Below are positions 1-8,974 of a stretch of 63,264 nucleotides of DNA, piece by piece. The notes under the pieces are model-generated. The model was given only the letters and a program-made list of their open reading frames with translations. It had not been told where the DNA came from and ran no database searches. The stretch's first letter is position 1. Each line of letters starts with the position of its first letter. A program made the position numbers and the translations under genes. This DNA is from Candidatus Uhrbacteria bacterium. GTDB taxonomy: Bacteria > Patescibacteriota > Patescibacteriia > UBA9934 > GWF2-40-263. The stretch is taken from contig JACPHT010000004.1 in assembly GCA_016188475.1 (NCBI GenBank), positions 1-63,264 of the forward strand, written 5' to 3'.

Positions 1-2
1 AG

Positions 3-128
3 CTCAATGACTGGCTTGGTTGGTACAACACCACTCGACCTCACCATTCACTAGATCTTCTTTCTCCTGTACAGTTTCTTAACAAATACGAACAAACAGT
101 TAAAACAGCTCAGGAGTGCAATATGTAG
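3..128 (+). CDS. 3' fragment of a DDE (rve-type) transposase/integrase; the 5' end lies outside the window
   Basis: My own translation gives LNDWLGWYNTTRPHHSLDLLSPVQFLNKYEQTVKTAQECNM*. The W-Y-N-x-x-R-P-H-x-x-L motif is the conserved C-terminal signature of IS3/IS481-type integrase core domains. Confidence 0.55.
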   Translation, partial: LNDWLGWYNTTRPHHSLDLLSPVQFLNKYEQTVKTAQECNM

Positions 129-198
129 TGGCCCAATACACCCTCTTGAATGTTTTTTAATATCATGATAGAGTGCGGGTCGCTATTTATCCCGCACT

Positions 199-3060
199 AT
201 GTCTGACTATATTTCAATTCGCGGCGCGCGCGTTCATAATCTTAAAAACATAAATGTTAAGATACCGAAAAATAAATTAGTTGTGATAACCGGTCTTTCC
301 GGTTCAGGTAAATCATCTTTGGCCTTTGACACAATTTATGCTGAAGGACAGCGACGTTACATGGAATCACTTTCCAGTTACGCTCGTCAGTTTTTGGAAT
401 TGCAAGACAAACCGGACGTTGATGAAATTCTCGGACTTTCTCCAACGATCGCGATTGATCAAAAATCTTCTTCTCACAATCCGCGTTCAACAGTTGGGAC
501 AGTAACTGAAATTTACGACTTTTTGAGAGTGTTGTTTGCTCGCGCTGGTCGCCCTCATTGTCCGAAGTGCGGAGCGTCCGTTCAAGAACAAACAGTCGAA
601 CAAATTGTTACGCGTCTTTCACAAATGGTTGGGAGTGACACACTTCTTCTTCTCGCTCCAATCGTGAAACAGCAAAAAGGTGAACACAGACACGCGCTTC
701 AAGCCGCGCTGAACGCAGGTTTTACACGTGTGCGTTTGGATGGACTTTTGGTTGATACTGATGAAGCGCTCGCAACTCGTCGCGACAAGAAAAAAGATCA
801 CGACATTGATGTTTTGATTTTTTCGTTTCTTCCTGACACAAATTATTCAACAGATACAATCACACAGCAGGTGAAAAAAGCACTTGAGTATGGAAATGGA
901 TTTTTAACAATCATCAAAGATGATAACGGTGATGAGCTTACATTGTCGCAAAGTTTTATGTGTGTGAATTGCGGCATGGATCTCCCAAAACCAGAACCGC
1001 GGCTTTTTTCATTCAACTCTCCTTATGGCGCGTGTTCAGAATGCACTGGCCTTGGTGAAAAACTCGTGCTTGAGCCAGATCTTGTTATTCCAAACAAACG
1101 CTTGACAATCGCGGAAGGCGCTGTTCGACCATGGACGCGTATTGCTGGAAATCAAACAAGTTATTTTCGTTTGCTTCAAACAGTTGGAAAAAAACATCGT
1201 ATTTCAATGGACACACCAGTTGAAAAAATTCCAAAAGCAAAATTGGATGTAATTTTGTACGGCACAGGCGATGAAACACACGAGTTTGACGGGCAAGCCG
1301 TGAAGTTTTTAGGAATTTTGGCACAGCTTGAACAAAAATATAGAGAAACGGATTCAGAATACGTTCGTTCAGAATTAGAAGGATACATGCGACGTATGAT
1401 TTGTCCTTCTTGTGAAGGTAAACGTTTGCAAAAATCTGTTCTTGCTGTAACGATCGCAGGAAAATCAATCGCGGATGTTGTAAACATGCCAGTTGAAGAA
1501 GTCGGAGAGTTTTTCACTTCCGTCATTGCGAGAAGCTCTGCCAAAGGCGGAGTGACGAAGCAATCTCAGACATTAACAGCAGGTCTTACATCTGACGAAC
1601 GTTTGGTGATTGAACGAGTTGCAAAAGAAGTTCGTACGCGACTCGCACAGCTTATTGAGGTTGGACTTGGTTATCTCACGCTTGATCGTTCCGCAATGAC
1701 GCTTTCCGGAGGAGAATCCCAACGTGTTCGTCTTGCAACACAACTTGGAACACAACTTTCAGGTGTGATTTATATTTTAGACGAGCCATCAATCGGTCTT
1801 CATCCATGCGACAATGACAAACTCATTGAAACAATTAAACAACTTCGTGACAATGGAAATTCCGTGATCGTTGTTGAACATGATGAAGCAATGATTCTTG
1901 CCGCGGATTATGTTTTTGATGTTGGACCAGGAGCGGGCGAGTACGGCGGGGAAATCATTGCTGAAGGAACTGCGGCGCAAATGAAAAGAATGAAAGATTC
2001 ACTCACCGGCCAATATCTTTCAGGCAAAAAAACAATTCCAACTCCGAAAAAACATCGAAAAGGAAACGGAAAAAAGATTTCAATTTTGGGAGCGAGCGCG
2101 TTTAATTTGCAAAACATTGATGTTGATATTCCACTTGGTCAGCTTGTGTGTGTGACAGGCGTTTCTGGTTCTGGAAAATCGACTCTTATTCTTGATATTT
2201 TGGGAAAGGAATTGTCGCGTAAGTTTTATCGCGCGAAAGTTTATCCCGGAGAACACAAAGCGATAAAGGGAATAGAGCACATTGATAAGATTGTTGCAGT
2301 TGATCAATCTCCTATTGGGCGCACTCCTCGTTCAAATCCAGCAACATACACCGGAGTGTTTACTGCCATTCGTGATCTGTACACTGCGGTTCCGGAAGCA
2401 AAGCTCCGAAATTTTGACGCTGGAAAATTCAGTTTCAATGTGAAAGGCGGCGGACGTTGTGAGACTTGTTCAGGCGACGGAATGCGTCGAATTGAAATGC
2501 AGTTTATGCCTGACGTTTATGTTGAATGTTCCGAGTGTCATGGCACGCGATACAATCAAGATGTTCTTGAGATTCATTACAAACAGAAAAATATTTCCGA
2601 TGTATTGATTATGACTGTTGAAGAAGCGCGAAGATTTTTTGCTGATCAAACAGCGATTTTTGAAAAGTTAAACGTGCTTCATGAAGTCGGACTTGGATAT
2701 TTGAAATTGGGGCAGAGCGCGACAACGCTTTCAGGCGGAGAGGCACAGCGTGTGAAACTCGCAACTGAACTTTCACGTCGAGCAACAGGACGAACACTTT
2801 ATATTTTAGACGAACCAACAACAGGTTTGCATTTTGAAGACATTAAACGACTGCTCGCCGTTTTGCATCAATTGGTTGATAAAGGAAATACGGTTGTGAT
2901 TATTGAACATAATTTGGATGTGATAAAAGGCGCTGACTGGGTGATTGATATGGGTCCAGGTGGAGGCATCAAAGGCGGAAAAGTGATTGCTGTTGGAACT
3001 CCACGCGAAATTATGAAATCAAAAGCCAGCATTACCGGTGATTATTTGAAAAAATTATAG
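199..3060 (+). CDS. uvrA: excinuclease ABC subunit A
   Basis: 953-aa ORF with two ABC ATPase modules. Walker A motifs are GLSGSGKSS and GVSGSGKST, and the ABC signatures are LSGGESQR and LSGGEAQR. It also has the CxxC zinc-finger pairs typical of UvrA. Confidence 0.97.
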   Translation: MSDYISIRGARVHNLKNINVKIPKNKLVVITGLSGSGKSSLAFDTIYAEGQRRYMESLSSYARQFLELQDKPDVDEILGLSPTIAIDQKSSSHNPRSTVGTVTEIYDFLRVLFARAGRPHCPKCGASVQEQTVEQIVTRLSQMVGSDTLLLLAPIVKQQKGEHRHALQAALNAGFTRVRLDGLLVDTDEALATRRDKKKDHDIDVLIFSFLPDTNYSTDTITQQVKKALEYGNGFLTIIKDDNGDELTLSQSFMCVNCGMDLPKPEPRLFSFNSPYGACSECTGLGEKLVLEPDLVIPNKRLTIAEGAVRPWTRIAGNQTSYFRLLQTVGKKHRISMDTPVEKIPKAKLDVILYGTGDETHEFDGQAVKFLGILAQLEQKYRETDSEYVRSELEGYMRRMICPSCEGKRLQKSVLAVTIAGKSIADVVNMPVEEVGEFFTSVIARSSAKGGVTKQSQTLTAGLTSDERLVIERVAKEVRTRLAQLIEVGLGYLTLDRSAMTLSGGESQRVRLATQLGTQLSGVIYILDEPSIGLHPCDNDKLIETIKQLRDNGNSVIVVEHDEAMILAADYVFDVGPGAGEYGGEIIAEGTAAQMKRMKDSLTGQYLSGKKTIPTPKKHRKGNGKKISILGASAFNLQNIDVDIPLGQLVCVTGVSGSGKSTLILDILGKELSRKFYRAKVYPGEHKAIKGIEHIDKIVAVDQSPIGRTPRSNPATYTGVFTAIRDLYTAVPEAKLRNFDAGKFSFNVKGGGRCETCSGDGMRRIEMQFMPDVYVECSECHGTRYNQDVLEIHYKQKNISDVLIMTVEEARRFFADQTAIFEKLNVLHEVGLGYLKLGQSATTLSGGEAQRVKLATELSRRATGRTLYILDEPTTGLHFEDIKRLLAVLHQLVDKGNTVVIIEHNLDVIKGADWVIDMGPGGGIKGGKVIAVGTPREIMKSKASITGDYLKKL

Positions 3061-3167
3061 ACATTGAAGATTTTTCAAGGTGAAAAATAAGTCCTGCACG
3101 ATTTTGGCTGTTTATCGAGTTCTGTTTCATAGTGTGATGTCTATAGACGCGCGAAAATCAAAAAATA

Positions 3168-3228
3168 GCTAAAATGAGTCAAAAATCTTGTTTCGTCTAT
3201 TGACGAAATATGGTTTTTTTGGTATCTT
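3168..3228 (+). promoter_or_regulatory. promoter-like module, copy 1 (TTGACG-N17-TATCTT)
   Basis: The sequence gctaaaatgagtcaaaaatcttgtttcgtctattgacgaaatatggtttttttggtatctt contains -35/-10-like hexamers with a 17-nt spacer. About 61 bp of it is repeated at 4057-4117. Confidence 0.45.
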
Positions 3229-3331
3229 TGAGATGTTCTTTGCCACAGTAAATCTGACAGGTGTTCAGAGGCTCTCTGGCAATACAATGCGACGAGTTTG
3301 AAAAACAGGTCGCAAAAAAGGAGAACAAGTC

Positions 3332-3943
3332 ATGAGTGACGCGTTTGAAATGGGTCAAGGTCTTGGACATCACCTTGAAATGGGCTTCGCTCGACACGGT
3401 TGGACAAAGGCCGATGTTAACAAACTCGGTCAAGGTGATCTGCTAGCGAATGTTCTGAAAGTCGTGCGCGGCACTGCCGTTGTCAAAATCCTGAAACACG
3501 TCGTCGATCTCGCGGGCGACTGTATGCCTGAATCATGGAAGAAGCAGAAGTGGGAGATCGAAAGGCATGTTGGAGATGGTCAGCTTGAACTCGATCTCTC
3601 CAAGATCCAACTTCACCTCTCGCCGAACCAGAAGGATAGCAAGACGATCGAAGGCAATGATCTTCGTGCAGAACTTGAAGATAGCAAGGTTCCTGTCTTG
3701 AACGCCTGCGTTCTCGAATACCTTCTCGCTCATCCTGAAATCATCCCCGAAGACTGGAAAGTCGACGAGAAAGGCAACACGCGTTACATCTACTTCTGGG
3801 GAACTGTTTATCGCAACCCGGATGGTGTTCTGTACGTTCGCTGCCTGTTCTGGAGCGACGGTGCGTGGAGCTGGGGTTGCGCTTGGCTCGACAATGGCTG
3901 GGGCGGCCAGGGTCCCGCGGCGATGCTCGCAAGTGTCACTTAG
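3332..3943 (+). CDS. hypothetical protein (orphan, visibly more G+C-rich than its neighbours)
   Basis: 203-aa ORF with AGGAG 8 nt upstream of the ATG. I recognise no motif. The C-terminus is Trp/Gly-rich (WSDGAWSWGCAWLDNGWGGQG). Confidence 0.6.
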   Translation: MSDAFEMGQGLGHHLEMGFARHGWTKADVNKLGQGDLLANVLKVVRGTAVVKILKHVVDLAGDCMPESWKKQKWEIERHVGDGQLELDLSKIQLHLSPNQKDSKTIEGNDLRAELEDSKVPVLNACVLEYLLAHPEIIPEDWKVDEKGNTRYIYFWGTVYRNPDGVLYVRCLFWSDGAWSWGCAWLDNGWGGQGPAAMLASVT

Positions 3944-4056
3944 TTCTTTGACTTCAGTCACTTGTTCATTTGGCGCTTAGACCCTTAGTCCTTTGTTTTT
4001 TTTCTTGCACAGTCACCAATGTTGAAATTCAACTTGGATGATTGTGTATTTTTTTT

Positions 4057-4117
4057 GCTAAAATGAGTCAAGAACCTTGTTTCGTCTATTGACAAAATCG
4101 GGTTTTTTTGGTATCTT
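4057..4117 (+). promoter_or_regulatory. promoter-like module, copy 2 (TTGACA-N17-TATCTT)
   Basis: The sequence gctaaaatgagtcaagaaccttgtttcgtctattgacaaaatcgggtttttttggtatctt is nearly identical to 3168-3228. It ends only 8 nt before the ATG at 4126, so the mRNA may be leaderless. Confidence 0.45.
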
Positions 4118-4125
4118 CGTTCTCT

Positions 4126-5805
4126 ATGATGAATATAAAGAAAGCCTTCATTTTTGTCTTTTTGCTCGCTATCGCAGTGAGCCCTGTTGTTCCATTTGCA
4201 AAAGCAACCGATGGGCAATGGAAAACAAACATTTCTGATGCAATATGGAATTACGACCTTTATCGTGTTGAGCGTCTTGCCTTTAACAAAACAGTTTCAG
4301 GTCCATACGAATTCAATCAAGGCGTGTTCGTGACAGAACAAGACAGCATTTCATTTTTGAAAGATGATTCAACGCTTCGTATTCCAAACGTGAACAAACA
4401 AATTACATCTTCATTTTGGCACAGCGCGCAAGATGACAGATTTGTTTATCTTGTTCCGTCAACAGATGGAAAATCATGGGCAACAGTTTACGAATACTTT
4501 GCAGATTCAGGCGTGATTAAAACTTTGGATACGATTGTTCGAAAGTCTGATGATTTGAATTATTTAACTTCAGCCGTTGATGGATCGCGTGTTTATTCAT
4601 CTATCTTGCATACAGATGCGATTACGAAAAATATCGAAAACAAACTCGTTGTCAGTGATTATCAAACAGGATATAAGTTTGATGATTTTACATGGGCATT
4701 GAACGCGCCGATTCAAGAAATTGTTGATGTGAAAGATTCTTTGGTTCTTGCGAAGTTTCAGTTTGATGGCGGGTTTAAGCAACTTTTGATGATTGATGAA
4801 AAGTCTAGAACAGTCACACCTGTTCCTGCAACATGGACGCAACCCGATGGAGATATTGTCGGCGCGCATTTTCTTTCCGATGGCACAATTCAATATTTCC
4901 AAAATTATCGTCTATATACTTTTAAGCCGGGCGTTGATTCTGTTTCGCATGAATCAGGCGGCGCTTACTTGAATTGGTTTGTTGACGCAGAAGACGCTAT
5001 TCAGTTTGTTGGCGATCGAATGGCGTATATTGATTCTGAAAACACACTGTATGTGACAAACCTTCAAGGCGCTTCCAGTTTCGGCAAGGCATTGAATGGC
5101 AAGTTCAACCTTGAAAAAGACGCGATTTATTATGAGTCTTTGGATGGATATATTGGATACACATTCAGCACAAAGACTTGGGAAGTTCAATCTTTTCTTG
5201 TGACAGATACTTATGAAGATACAATGGTTGGTACTGATGGTAGCGGAAATATCTGGTACAAGAATTTGAAAACAGGAAAAATCGTGAATGTTGGATTTGG
5301 ATCAAATCCTGTTCTTGCCGGACGCGAAGACGCTTATTGGAAAGGAACTGATGGAAAAATTTATCATGCTGAATTTTCTCCATTGCTTGACGTTGGCGAT
5401 GCAGACGTTCAAGCTGTGAAAGCTTTTGGAAAACCAACTGTATATATCATAAGTGGAAACAAAATGTGGAAAGTTGCTGACGAGGTAACTTATTTCACAT
5501 GGTTTGATTCATGGAAAGATGTGGTTTCAGTCTCACAACAAACTTTGAAAGTCTACACTGATTCACATACTGACATGGGTAACGCGCTTTTTGCTCCGGG
5601 GACTCGCGTGAAAGCTGTTAGCGATCCGCGTGTTTACGTAGTCGGCAGTGGCGGTTCACTTCATTGGATTGTTTCTGAAACAGTCGCGGATTCAATCTAC
5701 GGTCCGTCTTGGAACAAAGGAATTATTGAAGTGTCTTCAGTCAAGTTGTGGGATTATTCCAACGGAACTCAAATTAATTCAAACAAAGATATTAAAACAA
5801 TATAA
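4126..5805 (+). CDS. secreted hypothetical protein (signal peptide, beta-rich)
   Basis: The ORF track starts at a TTG at 4108. The ATG at 4126 gives MMNIKKAFIFVFLLAIAVSPVVPFAKA, a classical signal peptide. The rest is rich in Trp, Tyr, Gly and Asp. No catalytic motif is recognised. Confidence 0.75.
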   Translation: MMNIKKAFIFVFLLAIAVSPVVPFAKATDGQWKTNISDAIWNYDLYRVERLAFNKTVSGPYEFNQGVFVTEQDSISFLKDDSTLRIPNVNKQITSSFWHSAQDDRFVYLVPSTDGKSWATVYEYFADSGVIKTLDTIVRKSDDLNYLTSAVDGSRVYSSILHTDAITKNIENKLVVSDYQTGYKFDDFTWALNAPIQEIVDVKDSLVLAKFQFDGGFKQLLMIDEKSRTVTPVPATWTQPDGDIVGAHFLSDGTIQYFQNYRLYTFKPGVDSVSHESGGAYLNWFVDAEDAIQFVGDRMAYIDSENTLYVTNLQGASSFGKALNGKFNLEKDAIYYESLDGYIGYTFSTKTWEVQSFLVTDTYEDTMVGTDGSGNIWYKNLKTGKIVNVGFGSNPVLAGREDAYWKGTDGKIYHAEFSPLLDVGDADVQAVKAFGKPTVYIISGNKMWKVADEVTYFTWFDSWKDVVSVSQQTLKVYTDSHTDMGNALFAPGTRVKAVSDPRVYVVGSGGSLHWIVSETVADSIYGPSWNKGIIEVSSVKLWDYSNGTQINSNKDIKTI

Positions 5806-5807
5806 AA

Positions 5808-5845
5808 TAAAAAATCGCCATGAGTTAGCTCAAGGCGATTTTTTA
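5808..5845. terminator. bidirectional intrinsic terminator between convergent genes
   Basis: The sequence is aaaatcgcc-(14-nt loop)-ggcgatttt, with an A-run on one side and a T-run on the other. It lies between the stop at 5805 (+) and the rplS stop at 5847 (-). Confidence 0.7.
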
Positions 5846-5846
5846 T

Positions 5847-6182
5847 TTACTTTGTTTCAGTTGCGTATGTGTCTTTGAACTTTCGTTTTGCTTGGCGTTT
5901 TTTGTCTGACAAGAATGTAAGTTTTGCTCGTCTGACTTTCGCTGTTTTAACGAGTTCAATCTTTGAAATAACAGGTGAGTTGATTGGGTAGATTTTTTCC
6001 ACACCAACGCCCTCGCTCATTTTTCGGATCGTGAGAGTTTTTGATTTTCCTGATCCACGCACGCCAAGAATAATACCTTCAAAAATTTGCACGCGTTCGC
6101 GCTCTTCACCCTTTGAAGAGACATCTTTCACGCGTTCGTGTAAACGGACTGTTTGTCCTGCTTTGAGTTCGTTGAGTTCCAT
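5847..6182 (-). CDS. rplS: 50S ribosomal protein L19
   Basis: 111 aa. The segment RVQIFEGIILGVRGSGKSKTLTIRKMSEGVGVEKIYPINSPVISKIELV...VRRAKL matches the L19 family pattern. Confidence 0.95.
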   Translation of the reverse strand: MELNELKAGQTVRLHERVKDVSSKGEERERVQIFEGIILGVRGSGKSKTLTIRKMSEGVGVEKIYPINSPVISKIELVKTAKVRRAKLTFLSDKKRQAKRKFKDTYATETK

Positions 6183-6258
6183 AGAATGGTAAGTAGTAAA
6201 GTAGCAAAGTAATAAAGTAGCAAATGTGGAGGCATATTAGTCAAAATGTCCACGGAAG

Positions 6259-6804
6259 TCAAGAGGGCAGAGATTGAAGGATTTGTGCAATGATCTGATC
6301 GGGGTCCAGCAGTGTCGTGTCAATTACCAAGTCGTAATTTGTGCGGTCAAGATAATCAACATCATAATACTGTTTGTAGCGTTTTTGATCAGAAGCTAAA
6401 CGCGCTCGGATACTCTCTTTGACTTCTTGCGCTGATTGGTACGGCTTTTCATCTTTACGCAATCCTTGTTTGGATGCTTCAAAAATTCTTCGAGCCGCTT
6501 CATCTTCATCAACATCTAAAAAAATTTTGAATGATTGTGGAACAAAATGCCATGACAAACGTCCATCCAAAATAAAATTGTCTTGTTCGCGTCCTAATTT
6601 TTCTTGGTACGCGTCAACTTCGTTATCAGTGAATGGTTGTGTTTCACCGATTGTATTTAGTTCATCAATTGTAATGCCTTTTTCATCAGCCATTTTTCCG
6701 CGCAAGTCGCCAATCGAATACCATGGCATGTTTAATTTTTTTGAAAGCATCGAGGCGATAGTAGATTTTCCTGCGCCTGGGACGCCGGTGAGAGTGATGA
6801 TCAT
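6259..6804 (-). CDS. P-loop nucleoside-monophosphate kinase, archaeal-type (d)CMP kinase-like
   Basis: The N-terminus is MIITLTGVPGAGKST (Walker A). The overall layout resembles type-2 (archaeal) cytidylate kinases: ...ILDGRLSWHF..., ...KRYKQYYDVDYLDRTNYDLVIDT. Confidence 0.7.
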   Translation of the reverse strand: MIITLTGVPGAGKSTIASMLSKKLNMPWYSIGDLRGKMADEKGITIDELNTIGETQPFTDNEVDAYQEKLGREQDNFILDGRLSWHFVPQSFKIFLDVDEDEAARRIFEASKQGLRKDEKPYQSAQEVKESIRARLASDQKRYKQYYDVDYLDRTNYDLVIDTTLLDPDQIIAQILQSLPS

Positions 6805-6808
6805 ATTT

Positions 6809-6893
6809 GTGAGAGGTCTGAGAGGTCTGAGAGGTCTGAGAGGTCTGAGAGGTCTGAGAGGTCTGAAAGGTCGGAAAGGACTGAAAGGGTGAA
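6809..6893. repeat. tandem 9-bp repeat array (GAGAGGTCT x6, decaying to GAAAGGTCG / GAAAGGACT)
   Basis: Read directly: gtgagaggtctgagaggtctgagaggtctgagaggtctgagaggtctgagaggtctgaaaggtcggaaaggactgaaagggtg. It fills the rluD-cmk spacer. Confidence 0.95.
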
Positions 6894-6895
6894 AA

Positions 6896-7816
6896 TTATG
6901 ATAACGTTATTAATATATTTTCAAGCTCGTGCGGCAGTGGTTCTTCAAATGTTTTTTTAGTTCCGTTCATTAGCTTGAAACTAAGTTTATTAGAATGAAG
7001 AAAAATTCGATCGAGTTCGATCTGGCGAATATTTTTCATTTTATTTTTTTGATACAGACGATCTCCAACAAGCGGATGATCGATCGCTCGAAAGTGGACT
7101 CGAATTTGGTGAGTTCTCCCTGTGTGAATTGTTACGCGCGCGTAAGTGTGTTTTTTGAAACGCTTTAGAACGTCATATTCTGTGATCGCGTCTTTGCCTT
7201 CTTGAGTTTCAGGCCTTGCGACCATTCGTCCGCGAGCGTGAGATCTGGCGATTTTGAATTTAATAACATCATGATCTTTTGTGAGAGCTCCATAAACAAG
7301 CGCAAGATATTCTTTTTTAACAAACCTATTTTGAAATTGTGTTTTGAGTGATTCAAAAGCTGATTGCGTTTTTGCGATAACCATGAGTCCTGAAACATCT
7401 TTATCAAGTCTGTGTACGATTCCTGGACGTTCCGGTTCATCACCAACTTCAGCAATTGATTGATCGCGTTCTAGTATTGAGTCAATAAGAGAAACCTCAT
7501 TAGTGTGTCCTTTTGAAGGGTGAACGAGAAGTCCTGCTGGTTTATTTATCACCATCAAATCATCATCCTCGTAAACAATGTGAAGTATTGGTGTTTTTTC
7601 TTTTTTAATTAAAGGAAGAGATTTTTCAAGTTCTGGAACCTCAATTATTTCGCCGATTTCAAGATGCTTGTTTGACTTGCATGTTTTTCCATCAACAAGA
7701 ACACTTCCTGATTTAATCAATTTTTGAATATGCGCGCGCGAACGATCAATTTTTGTTGTGAGAAAAATATCTAACCGCTCATTTTTTTCATTTTCAGAAA
7801 TTTTGAATATCATCAT
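6896..7816 (-). CDS. rluD: RluA/RluD-family 23S rRNA pseudouridine synthase
   Basis: It has an N-terminal S4-like domain (RLDIFL...SRAHIQKLIKSGSVLVDG) and the catalytic motif HRLDKDVSGLMV. Confidence 0.9.
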   Translation of the reverse strand: MMIFKISENEKNERLDIFLTTKIDRSRAHIQKLIKSGSVLVDGKTCKSNKHLEIGEIIEVPELEKSLPLIKKEKTPILHIVYEDDDLMVINKPAGLLVHPSKGHTNEVSLIDSILERDQSIAEVGDEPERPGIVHRLDKDVSGLMVIAKTQSAFESLKTQFQNRFVKKEYLALVYGALTKDHDVIKFKIARSHARGRMVARPETQEGKDAITEYDVLKRFKKHTYARVTIHTGRTHQIRVHFRAIDHPLVGDRLYQKNKMKNIRQIELDRIFLHSNKLSFKLMNGTKKTFEEPLPHELENILITLS

Positions 7817-7983
7817 AATAGAGCGCGAAAGAATAATCCGAAAAATATCAGAAGCACGATCGCGGCTATTAGTATTGCTGTAAAACCGATAATTCCTTCT
7901 TTGTCGTTTGTTTTGATTGATCTGCGCATGAAAAAAACACCAAAGACAAGAACGATGAGGCCGAGGATGATGAAGGACATCAT
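7813..7983 (-). CDS. small membrane protein (56 aa, two TM helices), translationally coupled to rluD
   Basis: Not in the ORF track because it is under 60 aa. My translation is MMSFIILGLIVLVFGVFFMRRSIKTNDKEGIIGFTAILIAAIVLLIFFGLFFRALL*. Its TGA stop overlaps the rluD ATG (ATGA overlap). Confidence 0.5.
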   Translation of the reverse strand: MMSFIILGLIVLVFGVFFMRRSIKTNDKEGIIGFTAILIAAIVLLIFFGLFFRALL

Positions 7984-7994
7984 AGAAGAGGGCT

Positions 7995-8072
7995 AAGAGG
8001 ACCGAGAGGTCTAGTAGCCCACGGCTTTAGCCGTGGTGTTGAGAGGTCGGAAAGGTCGGAAAGGTTGGAAAG
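7995..8072. repeat. degenerate 9-bp GA(A/G)AGGTC(N) repeat blocks flanking a small hairpin
   Basis: The blocks are aagaggaccgagaggtct and ttgagaggtcggaaaggtcggaaaggttggaaag. The hairpin ccacggctttagccgtgg lies between them. Confidence 0.8.
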
Positions 8073-8080
8073 TTTAATTC

Positions 8081-8155
8081 TGGTGGGCGTGCTAGGATTC
8101 GAACCTAGAACCGGACGTGTATAAGACGTCAGCTCTACCATTGAGCTACACGCCC
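8081..8155 (-). tRNA. tRNA-Ile with anticodon UAU
   Basis: The reverse complement folds as a cloverleaf: GGGCGTG TA GCTC AATGGTA GAGC T GACGT CTTATAC ACGTC CGGTT CTAGG TTCGAAT CCTAG CACGCCC A CCA. The anticodon-loop centre is TAT, the discriminator is A73, and CCA is encoded. Confidence 0.8.
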
Positions 8156-8324
8156 ACAAATACAGGATAGCGTAGTTCTAAACATTATTATATCATTGCT
8201 TTGTATGCCCGGTAGCACAATGTTATTATAGAATAAATTGTTCTGACCGGAAATTAGGTGGGTTTATGATTTCCACGGTTAATAAACATAGTAATTCATT
8301 GAAAATACCATTGTACTACCGGGT

Positions 8325-8777
8325 ATGCAACTCTCATCCTTTGCAGTTTTTTTGTCAATTCTGTGGTTTCTCGTGTATTGGATACTTGGCGGTGTGTTTT
8401 TTGCAGTGATTTCTTTAATGCGATTAGGCCGTGTGCGAAAGCTTCGTTTTAGCTGTTTATTCAGTTTATGGGTTTTGGTGATTGGAATTGGCGCGGCGTT
8501 TAAGGGGATTGAATTTAGTCAGACACAAGTTGAGAAATGTCTTGTTGACGCGACCAATCGCGCACAAGTTGTGACTTCTGTTTTTGGATGTGGATTTTCA
8601 GGAGTGTTTGGCACGTTTTTAATTGGCGCTGTTGCAGTAACGCTTGGCGGGTTTTTAATTTTTGCGATCTCAAGAACAAAATCTCGACCTTGGATTGTTT
8701 TGGAACAAGGAGAGGATGAAAATGAGGAAAGACAGGAAATGGAAGAAAAGGAAGAAGGCGCGAGCAAATACTTCTAA
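8325..8777 (+). CDS. hypothetical integral membrane protein with an acidic C-terminal tail
   Basis: 150 aa with about four hydrophobic helices. The C-terminus is EQGEDENEERQEMEEKEEGASKYF. No clear SD sequence, so the start is uncertain. Confidence 0.5.
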   Translation: MQLSSFAVFLSILWFLVYWILGGVFFAVISLMRLGRVRKLRFSCLFSLWVLVIGIGAAFKGIEFSQTQVEKCLVDATNRAQVVTSVFGCGFSGVFGTFLIGAVAVTLGGFLIFAISRTKSRPWIVLEQGEDENEERQEMEEKEEGASKYF

Positions 8778-8781
8778 TAAC

Positions 8782-8822
8782 AAAAATCCCTCATTGCTCC
8801 AGTTTTCTGGAGCGACGAGGGA
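8782..8822 (-). terminator. intrinsic terminator downstream of tRNA-Val(GAC)
   Basis: The stem is gctccag/ctggagc, extended by tccctc/gaggga. It is followed on the minus strand by a T-run, seen as aaaaa at 8782-8786 on the plus strand. Confidence 0.6.
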
Positions 8823-8899
8823 TGGTGGGCGGCACAAGGCTCGAACTTGTGACCTTCACAATGTCAATGTGACGCTCTAACCAACTGAGCTAGCCGCCC
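8823..8899 (-). tRNA. tRNA-Val (anticodon GAC)
   Basis: The reverse complement reads GGGCGGC TA GCTC AGTTGGTTA GAGC G TCACA TTGACAT TGTGA AGGTC ACAAG TTCGAGC CTTGT GCCGCCC A CCA. Confidence 0.9.
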
Positions 8900-8974
8900 G
8901 AAATGAGTGAAATGGCCAAGAGCACGGCTTGGCTTCGCAAATAATCGCCCGTTAAGCACCAAAATAATAAACGA

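Noticed and set aside
3533-3961. 142-aa and 63-aa minus-strand ORFs opposite the orphan gene
   Set aside because: They are a by-product of the G+C-rich sense ORF. They have no RBS, and their composition is implausible (Pro/Arg/Ala-rich runs).
6419-6892. 157-aa plus-strand ORF ending in RGLRGLRGLRGLRGLKGRKGLKG
   Set aside because: It lies antisense to the well-supported P-loop kinase gene. Its C-terminus is simply the translated 9-bp tandem repeat.
6809-6893. Possible CRISPR arrays (this array plus the arrays at 7995, 42455 and the REP cluster at 23509-24131)
   Set aside because: The units are 9 bp long and directly abutting, with no unique spacers. The REP copies are irregularly spaced and in mixed orientation. 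No cas genes are present in the window.
8266-8409. 47-codon Cys-rich ORF (MISTVNKHSNSLKIPLYYRVCNSHPLQFFCQFCGFSCIGYLAVCFLQ) with an AGGTGG-like SD
   Set aside because: It overlaps the start of the 150-aa membrane-protein ORF in another frame. The SD spacing is short (4 nt). There is no partner gene and no evidence of conservation. I note it only because the start of the 8325 ORF is itself weakly supported.
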